A stretch of DNA of 64,000 nt from Candidatus Binatia bacterium (GTDB taxonomy: Bacteria; Desulfobacterota; Binatia; HRBIN30), in contig JBBRSP010000006.1 in NCBI GenBank assembly GCA_038245295.1, positions 96,001 through 160,000 of the forward strand. Reading direction: 5' to 3'. Made by a program: the position numbers and the translations under genes. How positions within the stretch are numbered: position 1 is the stretch's first letter; each line of letters opens with the position of its first letter. The notes below the pieces were generated by a model that saw only the letters and a list, made by a program, of their open reading frames with translations, ran no database searches and had not been told where the DNA came from. Positions 21,565 through 31,337 of the stretch are shown one piece after another.

Positions 21565-21780
21565 ATGACCAAGGATTTTCGTCAAAGATTGCGCCAAGGC
21601 TCTCAGTGGCTACGCCAGCTTCCGGGCCGTATACGCGCCACCTTTGCGCTCGGTCTGCCGCGCGCGAAAAGCGAAGAGGATCTGACAAACAGCCGGCATA
21701 ACCAGGCGCGCAACCAGTTCTGGACGGCCCTGCGTGAAGGGCAGCGCGAAGCCGACGGGCATTCGAGGCGAGACACTTGA
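21565..21780 (+). CDS. Small basic hypothetical protein (71 aa)
   Basis: ATG preceded by GAGGG; first ORF after the putative promoter and leader. Confidence 0.5.
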   Translation: MTKDFRQRLRQGSQWLRQLPGRIRATFALGLPRAKSEEDLTNSRHNQARNQFWTALREGQREADGHSRRDT

Positions 21781-21811
21781 CCGCGCGCGACAGAACAGGG
21801 AGGCCGCGGTG

Positions 21812-22018
21812 ATGCGAGCAGCCCCGGAACGCAGCCGATGCGAGAACCTCAATCATCAACGATCGACGGCCCCCGTGCGTCATTGCCCGGGATGTGGCGG
21901 AGTCGTCAATCAGGGGATCGACAGCAAGTCGTGCAGCGAAACGCTTCATGCGACGGCACGCCGGCAACGCGCTGCCTACTGTGTCGATTGCGGCGCTCAG
22001 CTGATTTTCGATCGTTAG
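21812..22018 (+). CDS. Small double zinc-finger protein (68 aa)
   Basis: GGGAGG RBS; two C-x4-H-x9/10-CxxC units (CENLNH...CPGC and CSETLH...CVDC). Confidence 0.65.
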   Translation: MRAAPERSRCENLNHQRSTAPVRHCPGCGGVVNQGIDSKSCSETLHATARRQRAAYCVDCGAQLIFDR

Positions 22019-22116
22019 CGGCGCTGCCGTGCCTCGCGTCACACGGGGCGCGGCAAGCAGAAGACGCCTTCTCAAGCATCTCAGAACGAGTAAGTTAGAA
22101 GAAAGGAAGATCGAAC

Positions 22117-22239
22117 ATGGGCGATAAATCTCCGAAGTCGGTGCGTAAACAAGAAAACCAGAAGCAGGTAAAAACGAACGCCGCGGACCAAAAGAAGGCC
22201 CAAGCTACGGCGGCCAAGAAGGTCGTCGGGAAGCGCTAG
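22117..22239 (+). CDS. 40-aa Lys-rich small protein MGDKSPKSVRKQENQKQVKTNAADQKKAQATAAKKVVGKR
   Basis: Below the ORF-track cutoff; AAAGGAAG RBS; clean ATG..TAG; A-rich codon composition stands out from the flanks. Confidence 0.65.
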   Translation: MGDKSPKSVRKQENQKQVKTNAADQKKAQATAAKKVVGKR

Positions 22240-22406
22240 GCGGCCTGCTGGCGCAACACCCGACGATTCTCCCCCGACGCCATCGTGGCGCCGGCTGAGT
22301 AGATTGAAAAGATCGGAGTCCACGATGCCGAGATAACGACCACAGTGTCCACTCGAGCTCCGTCGCTCGCACGATCGAGCTCGATTCACCGAGCGGAGAG
22401 GCAGAA

Positions 22407-25400
22407 GTGCAATATTCAATTCTCCGCGCCCGCACAGGGGCGCCCGGAGTGGTCCCGCTGGACCCCCAAGAGCTGATTCGTTCTGAGCTCTTCAGCGTCG
22501 AACGCCTCGATCAACACGCCGAGAGCCTGGCCACCGCGCAGCGCATCACCACGAAATCCGGCGATCATCGGCGCGTTGTCAAGCGGCTACGCGACAACAG
22601 CCGGGTACTCATTGCCGCGTATCGTGCGCTTGCCGCCGCCATCCGCGAGGACCGCGCCATCACACCAGCGGCTGAATGGCTGGTCGATAACTTCCACATC
22701 GCCGAAGAGCAGATCCGCGAGATCCGCGATGATCTTTCGCCGGGCTTCTACCGCCAGCTTCCGAAGCTCGCCGATGGTCCCCTAGCGGGATATCCGCGCG
22801 TCTTCGGGCTCGCGTGGGCGTATGTCGCGCACACCGATAGCCGCTTCGATCCGCAATCCCTTTGCCGTTTCGTACGCGCTTATCAGCGCGTGCAACCACT
22901 GACGATCGGCGAGCTGTGGGCGGTAGCGATCACCCTGCGCATCCTACTCGTCGAGAACTTGCGGCGCTCCGCCGAACGCATCGTCAACAGTCGGGTGGCA
23001 CGCCAGGAAGCCGACGCGCTGGCTGATCGCCTGTTGGGAGTCGACAACCGCCCAGGGGCACCGACACAAACCGTGCTGCGCGCGTTCGAACAAGCACCTC
23101 TACCGACAGCCTTCGCGGTTCAGCTGGTCCAACGCCTACGCGAACAGGATCCGGCCGTGACGCCTACCTTGCATTGGCTCAACGAACGTCTCGCCATCCA
23201 AGGCACCACGGCGGACGAAATCGTCCGCGAGGAGCATCAGCAACAAGGCGCGATGAACGTAACCGTGCGCAATGTCATCACGAGCATGCGCCTCGTGTCG
23301 GAGGTCGATTGGGCCGAGCTCTTCGAAAGCGTCAGCCTCGTCGATGTTGCACTGCGCGCCGAAAGCAACTTCGCGGCAATGGACTTTGCGACACGTGATC
23401 GATACCGCGGCGCCATCGAACGGCTGGCCCGCGGCTCGGCGCACTCCGAGCTCGCGGTCGTGGCGCGGGCCATCGCCGCCACCAAAGTCGCGCCGCACGG
23501 TGACGGCGACGACAACGCTCGAGAGCGCGATCCAGGCTACTACCTGCTCGCCCGCGGCCGCCGCGAATTCGAACGCCAACTGGAATTCCACGTGCCAATG
23601 GCAGACTGGCTGGCTCGCGCCAGCCAATCCGCCGGCATCGTCGGGTACGCGGCGGCAATCGCACTCATCACCGGCATCATCTTGAGTCTCGCCGTGTTCG
23701 GCGCCGCCCACGCCGGCGTCGCCCCGACCATGCTCGTCGTGCTGGCAGTCTTAGCTCTGGTTCCGGCGTCAGACCTTGCCGTCGCCCTGGCCAACCACAG
23801 TGTCACCAACCGCTTCGGCGCAACCGCCCTACCAGGCTTGGCACTGCGCGAGGGAGTACCGGCCGAGTTACGCACGATGATCGTCGTGCCGACGTTACTG
23901 ACCACGGAAACCGCCATCGAGGAGCAGATCGAGCGATTAGAGGTACACTACCTGGCCAACGCCGACGGTGACCTGCGCTTCGCGCTGTTGTCCGACTGGA
24001 CCGACAGCTCGAGCGAACATGCGCCCGGGGATGACGAACTGCTCAGCACCGCCGCTGCCGCCATCGACGTGTTGAATCGACGCCACGGCGGGATGCCGGA
24101 CGGCGACCGATTCCTGCTCCTGCATCGCCGACGCCTCTGGAACGACAGCGAGGGAAAGTGGATCGCCTGGGAACGTAAGCGCGGCAAGCTGCACGAGCTG
24201 AATCGATTGCTGCGCGGTGCGACCGATACGACCTTCCTGCCGATCGGTGGCCAGCCACCGACCGTTCCCGACAGTGTCCGGTACGTGATCACACTCGACG
24301 CGGACACGCGGCTGACACGCGGGTCCGCCAAGCGCCTGGTCGGCAAGATGGCACACCCTCTGAACCGACCGCAGTTCGACGCCAAAGCACATCGCGTCAC
24401 CGACGGGTACGGCGTCCTGCAACCACGCGTCACGCCGACACTGCCGACCGGCCGCGAGGGTTCGGTGTTTCAGCGTGTGTTCTCGGGACCGGGCGGCATG
24501 GACCCATACACCTTTGCCGTCTCGGATGTGTACCAAGACCTTCTCGGTGAGGGTTCGTACACCGGCAAGGGCATCTACGATGTCGACATCTTCGAAGCTG
24601 CCCTCGAAGGCCGGATTCCCGACAACACCCTGCTCAGCCACGACCTGATTGAAGGAGTCTTCGCCCGCGCCGGCCTGGTATCCGACATCGAGGTCGTCGA
24701 GGAATTCCCCTCTCGTTACGATGTTTCTGCGGCGCGCCAACATCGCTGGGCTCGCGGCGACTGGCAATTACTTCCATGGATCGTTGGTCACGGCCGCAAC
24801 AAGAGCAATGACGTGGCCAGCCGCGCCATTCCCTTTGTCGGCCGCTGGAAGATGGCTGACAATCTGCGACGCACTCTGTCGGCGCCTTCGGCGTTCCTGG
24901 CGCTGCTGGCCGGGTGGACCCAACCGCTTGCGGCGGCGGCAACCTGGAGCGCGTGTCTGCTCGCCATGATCGCCCTGCCGGCTTTGCTCCCGGTTCTCGC
25001 CGGGCTAGTGCCACGACGACCAGGCTTCTCCAAGCGAAGCCACTTGCTGGCGGTGGCGGCGGACCTCGTAATGGCGTTGTCGCAGATCGCCTTCGTCGTC
25101 ACCTTGCTCGCCCACCAAGCCTGGCTGATGACCGACGCCATCGGACGCACTCTCTTGCGCCTTTTCGTTACCCGCCGTCACATGCTGGAATGGCTGACGG
25201 CAGCGCAGTCCAAGTTCAGCTTGCCCCTCGACATTGCCGGGTTTTACCAACGCATGGCCGGTGGTGTCGCTCTCGCCATCCTGACTCCGGCTGTCGTCGC
25301 CACGACCGGCCACGGAGCTTGGCTCCTCGTTGCCCCGTTCACGCTCCTATGGTTGTTGGCACCGGTCGTCGCGCAGTGGGGTAGTCGCCCGCCGCCAATT

Positions 25401-28400
25401 GCCGGTCCGACCCCTCTATCCCTCTTCGAGGTGCGCACGCTGCGACACATCGCGCGGCGGACCTGGCGCTACTTCGAGACCTTCGTCACGTCCGACAATA
25501 ACAATCTGCCGCCGGACAACTTCCAAGAGGATCCAAAACCCGTCGTTGCCCATCGTACGTCTCCCACCAACATCGGCCTGTACTTACTTTCGATTGTCGC
25601 AGCCCGTGACTTCGGTTGGCTCGGCGTGGGCGACACCCTCGACCGTCTGGATGCGACGTTGGCAACGATGCAACGGCTCGAGCGCTTTCGTGGCCACTTC
25701 TACAATTGGTACGACACCCATGACCTGCGACCGCTCGACCCGAAATACATCTCGTCGGTCGACAGCGGCAATCTCGCCGGACATCTCATCGCTCTTGCCA
25801 ACGCGTGCCGCGAAATGCTCGCGGCTCCGGTGTTGGGAAGGCAATGGCTGGCGGGAATCGAAGACGGGTTCGAACTGACGCGCGAATCCCTGGTCACTCG
25901 GGACGGTAACCGCCGCACGCAGATTGTGACCGTCAAACAACTCGACGACGCTCTTGCCGCGTTGGCGACGCTCATGCGCCCGGCGTTCGAGACGCCAGGG
26001 GCCGCGGCGGTGCTTTTGGGGGAGTTGGCTCAGCGCGCCGATACCGTTGCCGACATGGTTCGCGCCCTGTCCGACGAACGCAGCGATGGGGCATGCGACG
26101 AAGCCCTGACATGGGCGACGGCAACCTGCGAGTCGATTGCCGGGCATCGGCGTGACCTCAACCGACTCATGCCGTGGGCTCGGCTGACCATCGCCCCCAA
26201 AGGTGCCGGCGACACGTCGCCGGAAGACGCGGTCGCGAGCTGCTTCCTGACCGTGCCGACACTCGCCGAGTTGCCGGAACGATGCGAACACGCCATTCAG
26301 CTGCTGTCGCGGCAGCCAAGGGAAGACATCGAGATCAATACACGTCGTGCCGCCCTGATTGCGGCGCTCGAACACTCGGCCGAAAATGCAGGCGCGATCG
26401 AGCGGCACCTCGTCGGACTCGCAACCGCGGCACAGAATACTTTCGACGCCATGGAGTTTGGCTTCCTGTTCGACTCGACGCGTCAGCTGCTCTCGATTGG
26501 CTACCAGATCGCCGAGGGCCGACTCGATCCGAGCTGTTACGACCTGCTCGCCTCCGAAGCACGCTTGGCGAGCTTCATTGCGATCGCCAAGGGAGACATT
26601 CCGGCGCGCCATTGGTTTCGCTTGGGGCGCTCGTTGACGCCGGTCGACCGCGGCTCGGCCCTCATCTCGTGGTCGGGATCGATGTTCGAGTATTTGATGC
26701 CATCTCTCGTGATGCGCGCCCCTCTCGGAAGCCTTCTCGAGCAAACGAGCCGTCTCATCGTCCGCCGTCAAGTGAAGTACGGAGCAGAGCGCGGCGTGCC
26801 CTGGGGCGTTTCCGAATCGGCCTACAACGCGCGTGATCTCGAACTCACCTACCAATACTCGAATTTCGGCGTCCCCGGCCTCGGGCTCAAACGCGGCCTC
26901 GGCGAGGATGCCGTCATCGCCCCGTACGCGACAGCCCTGGCAGCCATGGTGGATCCGCAAGCCGCGACTGACAACTTCGCGAGCCTGACCGCTGCCGGCG
27001 GCCGCGGCCGCTTTGGATTCTACGAAGCGCTCGACTACACGCCGACACGTGTTCCCGAAGGAACCACCGTCGCGATCGTCCGCGCCCACATGGCCCATCA
27101 CCAAGGCATGGCCTTGGTGGCGATCGGCAACACCCTGCACGACGGCATCATGCGCAATCGCTTTCATGCCGAGCCCATCATCCAGGCCACCGAGTTGCTG
27201 CTGCAAGAACGCACACCGCGTGGCGTCGCCGTGGCGCGCCCACGCGCGGAAGAGGTCAAGGCGGCCGCCGACGTTCGCGAAATCGTCCCGCCCATGCCGC
27301 GACGTTTCCACTCGCCGCACGACCCGATTCCGCGCACCCATCTGCTGTCGAACGGTCGCTACGTCGTCATGCTCACCGCCGCCGGCTCGGGCTACAGTCG
27401 CTGCCGCGACCTCGCGGTAACCCGTTGGCGCGAGGACGCGACGTGTGATGCCTGGGGCAGCTACACGTTCCTGCGCGACGTGCGCACCGGCGAGGTATGG
27501 TCGGCAGGGTATCAACCCAGCGGGGTCGAGCCCGACAGCTACGAAGTAGAGTTCTCCGAGGATCGCGCCGTCATCGTTCGGCGCGACGGAACGATTACGA
27601 CCAGCCTCGAGGTGACGGTTTCTCCCGAAGATGACGCGGAAGTGCGTCGCGTCTCGATCTCCAATTTCGGCAGCCGCGCGAGGGAGATTGATCTGACGTC
27701 TTACGCGGAAGTGGTCTTGGCGCAATCCGCTGCCGATGCTGCCCATCCAGCGTTCTCCAAACTGTTCGTGCAGACCGAGTTCGTAGCCGACGTGGGGGCG
27801 TTGTTGGCGACGCGTCGACGCCGCGCCCCGGACGAATCCGAAGTGTGGGCAGCTCACTTCGCATGCGTCGACGGCGAAAGCGTCGGGGGCGTGCAATTCG
27901 AAACCGATCGCTCACGATTCCTCGGACGCGGACACACGATCCGCAAACCAGTGTCGGTCATGGACGGCCGGCCGCTGTCGGACACCGTCGGCACAGTGCT
28001 CGACCCTATCTTCAGCCTGCGGCGACGGATTCGCCTTGCGCCCGGCGCCACCGCACGAGTCGCCTTCTGGACCGTGATCGCCGCGTCACGCGAGGCCGTG
28101 CTCGATAGCGTTGACCGTCATCTCGACACAACCGCGTTCGAGCGTGTCGGCACCCTCGCCTGGACACAAGCGCAAGTCCAACTGCATCATCTCGGCGTCC
28201 ATCCCGACGAAGCACACCTCTTCCAGCGCCTCGCCAACCGGGTGATCTATTCCGATCCGTCGCTCCGACCGTCACCGGCAGTGCTCGGGCGCAACGATCG
28301 TGGCCAATCGACGCTGTGGTCCCAAGGCATCTCCGGCGACCTGCCCATTGTGCTCATTCGCATCGATGCAGTTGAGGAGTTGGAGATCGTCCGACAGCTG

Positions 28401-31235
28401 CTGCGAGCCCACGAATACTGGCGCATGAAACAGCTCGACGTTGATCTCGTCATCATGAACGAACGCTCGGCATCGTATTCGCAGGATCTCCTGGCGCCGC
28501 TGGAGGCGCTGATTCGTGCCAGCCAGACGCGCGAACGCCTCGACAGCGAAGGAGCGCGCGGCAACGTGTTCCTCGTGCGTGCCGACCTGGTATCGCTCGA
28601 AGTGCGAACTTTGCTGGCGACGGCGGCACGGGCGGTGCTCTACAGTCGGCGTGGCAGCCTCGCCGAACAGGTCAAGCGTCTGCAGGCTTCCGACAAGCCG
28701 GCCCTGGCGAGCCCGGCGCGACCGTTACGGCGCCCGGCTTTCCCCCTCCTCTCAAAGGAAGGCGGCTGGGGACGTTCCGCCGCAGGAGCGTCGGCGCCGG
28801 GGCCAGCCCTCCCCGAGCTCGAGTTCTTCAACGGCCTCGGCGGCTTCAGCACCGACGGCCGCGAATACGTAACCGTTCTCGGCGAGGGGCAATGGACGCC
28901 GGCGCCATGGCTCAACGTCATCGCCAATGCGCAATTCGGCTTCCAAGTCTCAGCCGACGGCAGCGGCTACACGTGGGCGGTGAATAGTCGCGAACATCAA
29001 TTGACGCCGTGGTCGAACGACCCGGTCGCCGACCAGCCGGGCGAAGTGATTTACGTGCGCGACGAGGAAACCGGCGCGCTGTGGACGCCAACCGCGCTGC
29101 CGATTCGTGCGGAGGCCGGAACCTATATCGTTCACCACGGGCAGGGCTACACGCGCTTCGAGCACACTTCGCACGGCATCACGCTCGAACTCCTGCAGTA
29201 TGTCCCACTGGGCGACCCGGTGAAAATCTCACGCCTGACGATCCGCAACACCTCGGGCCGCGCCCGCCGGCTTTCGGTCACGGCATACGCCGAGTGGGTG
29301 CTCGGCACGTCGCGCGGTGCTTCCGCCCCGTTGATCATCACCGAAATCGAGGCGGATACCGGCGCTCTGTTGGCACGTAATCCATGGAGCAACGAGTTCG
29401 GAGGCCGTGTCGCTTTCGTCGACATGAACGGCCGGCAGCGCAGCTGGACCGGTGACCGGACCGAGTTTCTCGGCCGCAACGGCGCAATCGATCACCCGGC
29501 CGCGCTTTCCGGAGACGCCCAACTTTCGCATCGCGTCGGCGGCGGCCTCGACCCGTGCGGCGCACTGCAGGCACCGGTGGAGCTCAAGGCGAACGGCAGC
29601 GCGGAGATTGTCTTCTTCCTTGGCGAGGCGGCGACTCGTACCGACGCCATCGAGTTGATCAAGCGTTACCGCGGCCTCGACCTCGATGTAGTGCTTGGCG
29701 CCGTGCACGCCCACTGGGACGACATCCTCGGCACGGTCCAGGTGAAGACTCCCGACCGTTCCATGGATCTCATGCTCAACCGCTGGCTGCTGTATCAGAC
29801 CCTGAGCTGTCGAGTCGTGGCGCGTTCGGCGTTCTACCAGGCAAGTGGGGCCTATGGCTTCCGCGACCAGACGCAGGACGTGCTGGCCCTGCTCGTCTCG
29901 CAGCCGGGCCTAACACGTGGTCACCTGCTCCGTGCAGCGGGAAGGCAGTTCGCCGAAGGCGACGTGCAGCATTGGTGGTTGCCATCGTCCGGCCAGGGAG
30001 TTCGCACGCGGATCTCCGATGATCACGTGTGGTTGGCATATGCGGTGGCCCACTATGTGGCAGTAACGGGTGATACGGCAGTTCTCGACGAGAGCATCGC
30101 GTTTCTCGAAGGACCGGCGCTACGAGAGGATGAACACGACGCCTACTTCCAACCGATGATCGCCGAAGAACACGCCTCTTTATTCGAACATTGTGCGCGA
30201 GCCCTCGATCGCAGCCTGGCGGTTGGCGTCCACGGTCTGCCGCTGATGGGTACTGGCGACTGGAACGACGGCATGAATCGCGTCGGCGAAGGCGGCCGTG
30301 GCGAAAGCGTTTGGCTGGGATGGTTTCTGCAAGCTACCTTGGTGGCATTCGCACCACTCGCAGACGCCTGCGGCGATGCAACCCGCGCCGCCACCTGGCG
30401 ACAACAGGCGGCCACACTGACCCAATCACTCGAGCGTGAGTCGTGGGACGGTAACTGGTACCGCCGCGGTTACTTCGACGACGGTACCCCTCTGGGATCG
30501 GCTTCGAGCATCGAGTGCCGCATCGATTCGATCGCCCAGTCGTGGGCGGTGATTTCCGGAGCCGGCGACCCGGCGCGCGCCGTCCATGCCATGGCGGCGG
30601 TGGACGAATATCTGGTCCGGCGCGCCGAGGGGCTGGTGCAGCTTTTCAGCCCGCCCTTTGACCACACAACGCTGGAGCCCGGCTACATTAAAGGCTACCC
30701 GCCCGGCATCCGCGAGAACGGCGGCCAATACACCCATGCGGCCACATGGTCAGTCATCGCCTTTGCCATGCTGGGTGATGGCGACAAGGCCGGCGAGCTC
30801 TTCGCCATGCTCAACCCGATCAATCACGCCGCGACGCGCGCCGCATCGAATCGCTACAAGGTCGAACCCTACGTCGTCAGCGCCGACATCTACAGTATGG
30901 CGCCACATGTCGGGCGCGGCGGCTGGACCTGGTACACCGGTGCGGCGGGCTGGATGTATCGCGCCGGACTCGAGTCGATCCTCGGGTTCCGCCTACGCGG
31001 CACGGCACTGATCGTCGATCCCTGTGTGCCCAAAACCTGGCGCGGTTTCGAGTTGACCTTCCACCATGGCTCGACACGCTACGAGATCGCAATCGAGAAC
31101 CCCAACGGCGTCAATCGAGGCGTGGTTGGTGTGCAGGTCGATGGCTCCGCCCTGTCGGCGCCGCCGCAAGGCTACGCGAGCGTGGCTTTGGGCGATGACG
31201 GGCTGACTCACCAAATTCGGATCGTTCTCGGATGA
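22407..31235 (+). CDS. ndvB: Cyclic beta-1,2-glucan synthase (GT84 region + glucoamylase-like + GH94 phosphorylase)
   Basis: 2942 aa; EWLVDNF, WERKRGKL, TLDADT, LLSHDLIEG, RQHRWARGDWQ, HRTSPTNIG, YDLLASEARL, SWSGSMFEYLMP, GAYGFRDQ, GDWNDGMN, RENGGQYTH, GRGGWTWYTG. Confidence 0.93.
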   Translation: MQYSILRARTGAPGVVPLDPQELIRSELFSVERLDQHAESLATAQRITTKSGDHRRVVKRLRDNSRVLIAAYRALAAAIREDRAITPAAEWLVDNFHIAEEQIREIRDDLSPGFYRQLPKLADGPLAGYPRVFGLAWAYVAHTDSRFDPQSLCRFVRAYQRVQPLTIGELWAVAITLRILLVENLRRSAERIVNSRVARQEADALADRLLGVDNRPGAPTQTVLRAFEQAPLPTAFAVQLVQRLREQDPAVTPTLHWLNERLAIQGTTADEIVREEHQQQGAMNVTVRNVITSMRLVSEVDWAELFESVSLVDVALRAESNFAAMDFATRDRYRGAIERLARGSAHSELAVVARAIAATKVAPHGDGDDNARERDPGYYLLARGRREFERQLEFHVPMADWLARASQSAGIVGYAAAIALITGIILSLAVFGAAHAGVAPTMLVVLAVLALVPASDLAVALANHSVTNRFGATALPGLALREGVPAELRTMIVVPTLLTTETAIEEQIERLEVHYLANADGDLRFALLSDWTDSSSEHAPGDDELLSTAAAAIDVLNRRHGGMPDGDRFLLLHRRRLWNDSEGKWIAWERKRGKLHELNRLLRGATDTTFLPIGGQPPTVPDSVRYVITLDADTRLTRGSAKRLVGKMAHPLNRPQFDAKAHRVTDGYGVLQPRVTPTLPTGREGSVFQRVFSGPGGMDPYTFAVSDVYQDLLGEGSYTGKGIYDVDIFEAALEGRIPDNTLLSHDLIEGVFARAGLVSDIEVVEEFPSRYDVSAARQHRWARGDWQLLPWIVGHGRNKSNDVASRAIPFVGRWKMADNLRRTLSAPSAFLALLAGWTQPLAAAATWSACLLAMIALPALLPVLAGLVPRRPGFSKRSHLLAVAADLVMALSQIAFVVTLLAHQAWLMTDAIGRTLLRLFVTRRHMLEWLTAAQSKFSLPLDIAGFYQRMAGGVALAILTPAVVATTGHGAWLLVAPFTLLWLLAPVVAQWGSRPPPIAGPTPLSLFEVRTLRHIARRTWRYFETFVTSDNNNLPPDNFQEDPKPVVAHRTSPTNIGLYLLSIVAARDFGWLGVGDTLDRLDATLATMQRLERFRGHFYNWYDTHDLRPLDPKYISSVDSGNLAGHLIALANACREMLAAPVLGRQWLAGIEDGFELTRESLVTRDGNRRTQIVTVKQLDDALAALATLMRPAFETPGAAAVLLGELAQRADTVADMVRALSDERSDGACDEALTWATATCESIAGHRRDLNRLMPWARLTIAPKGAGDTSPEDAVASCFLTVPTLAELPERCEHAIQLLSRQPREDIEINTRRAALIAALEHSAENAGAIERHLVGLATAAQNTFDAMEFGFLFDSTRQLLSIGYQIAEGRLDPSCYDLLASEARLASFIAIAKGDIPARHWFRLGRSLTPVDRGSALISWSGSMFEYLMPSLVMRAPLGSLLEQTSRLIVRRQVKYGAERGVPWGVSESAYNARDLELTYQYSNFGVPGLGLKRGLGEDAVIAPYATALAAMVDPQAATDNFASLTAAGGRGRFGFYEALDYTPTRVPEGTTVAIVRAHMAHHQGMALVAIGNTLHDGIMRNRFHAEPIIQATELLLQERTPRGVAVARPRAEEVKAAADVREIVPPMPRRFHSPHDPIPRTHLLSNGRYVVMLTAAGSGYSRCRDLAVTRWREDATCDAWGSYTFLRDVRTGEVWSAGYQPSGVEPDSYEVEFSEDRAVIVRRDGTITTSLEVTVSPEDDAEVRRVSISNFGSRAREIDLTSYAEVVLAQSAADAAHPAFSKLFVQTEFVADVGALLATRRRRAPDESEVWAAHFACVDGESVGGVQFETDRSRFLGRGHTIRKPVSVMDGRPLSDTVGTVLDPIFSLRRRIRLAPGATARVAFWTVIAASREAVLDSVDRHLDTTAFERVGTLAWTQAQVQLHHLGVHPDEAHLFQRLANRVIYSDPSLRPSPAVLGRNDRGQSTLWSQGISGDLPIVLIRIDAVEELEIVRQLLRAHEYWRMKQLDVDLVIMNERSASYSQDLLAPLEALIRASQTRERLDSEGARGNVFLVRADLVSLEVRTLLATAARAVLYSRRGSLAEQVKRLQASDKPALASPARPLRRPAFPLLSKEGGWGRSAAGASAPGPALPELEFFNGLGGFSTDGREYVTVLGEGQWTPAPWLNVIANAQFGFQVSADGSGYTWAVNSREHQLTPWSNDPVADQPGEVIYVRDEETGALWTPTALPIRAEAGTYIVHHGQGYTRFEHTSHGITLELLQYVPLGDPVKISRLTIRNTSGRARRLSVTAYAEWVLGTSRGASAPLIITEIEADTGALLARNPWSNEFGGRVAFVDMNGRQRSWTGDRTEFLGRNGAIDHPAALSGDAQLSHRVGGGLDPCGALQAPVELKANGSAEIVFFLGEAATRTDAIELIKRYRGLDLDVVLGAVHAHWDDILGTVQVKTPDRSMDLMLNRWLLYQTLSCRVVARSAFYQASGAYGFRDQTQDVLALLVSQPGLTRGHLLRAAGRQFAEGDVQHWWLPSSGQGVRTRISDDHVWLAYAVAHYVAVTGDTAVLDESIAFLEGPALREDEHDAYFQPMIAEEHASLFEHCARALDRSLAVGVHGLPLMGTGDWNDGMNRVGEGGRGESVWLGWFLQATLVAFAPLADACGDATRAATWRQQAATLTQSLERESWDGNWYRRGYFDDGTPLGSASSIECRIDSIAQSWAVISGAGDPARAVHAMAAVDEYLVRRAEGLVQLFSPPFDHTTLEPGYIKGYPPGIRENGGQYTHAATWSVIAFAMLGDGDKAGELFAMLNPINHAATRAASNRYKVEPYVVSADIYSMAPHVGRGGWTWYTGAAGWMYRAGLESILGFRLRGTALIVDPCVPKTWRGFELTFHHGSTRYEIAIENPNGVNRGVVGVQVDGSALSAPPQGYASVALGDDGLTHQIRIVLG
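28739..28778. repeat. Degenerate palindromic repeat (CCCCTCCT...AGGAAGG...GGGG) read in-frame within ndvB/cgs
   Basis: TTTCCCCCTCCTCTCAAAGGAAGGCGGCTGGGGA encodes FPLLSKEGGWG in an interdomain linker. Confidence 0.45.
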
Positions 31236-31261
31236 TCCAGGCGCCCTTGGCGGCATCGCGG

Positions 31262-31295
31262 CGAGAGGGGACGATTTTCGAACCATCCCCTCTCG
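31262..31295. terminator. Hairpin between convergent genes
   Basis: CGAGAGGGGA...TCCCCTCTCG 10-bp stem; no U-tract. Confidence 0.5.
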
Positions 31296-31337
31296 TCGCA
31301 CGTCAGGACAGACCTGGGTGAAGACCCTGATGACGGA

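Noticed and set aside
25584..27896. 770-aa minus-strand ORF, and similar long antisense ORFs such as 61781-63268, 45573-46583 and 12731-13633
   Set aside because: They lie antisense to well-supported genes, have no recognisable motifs, and are expected from high-GC codon bias
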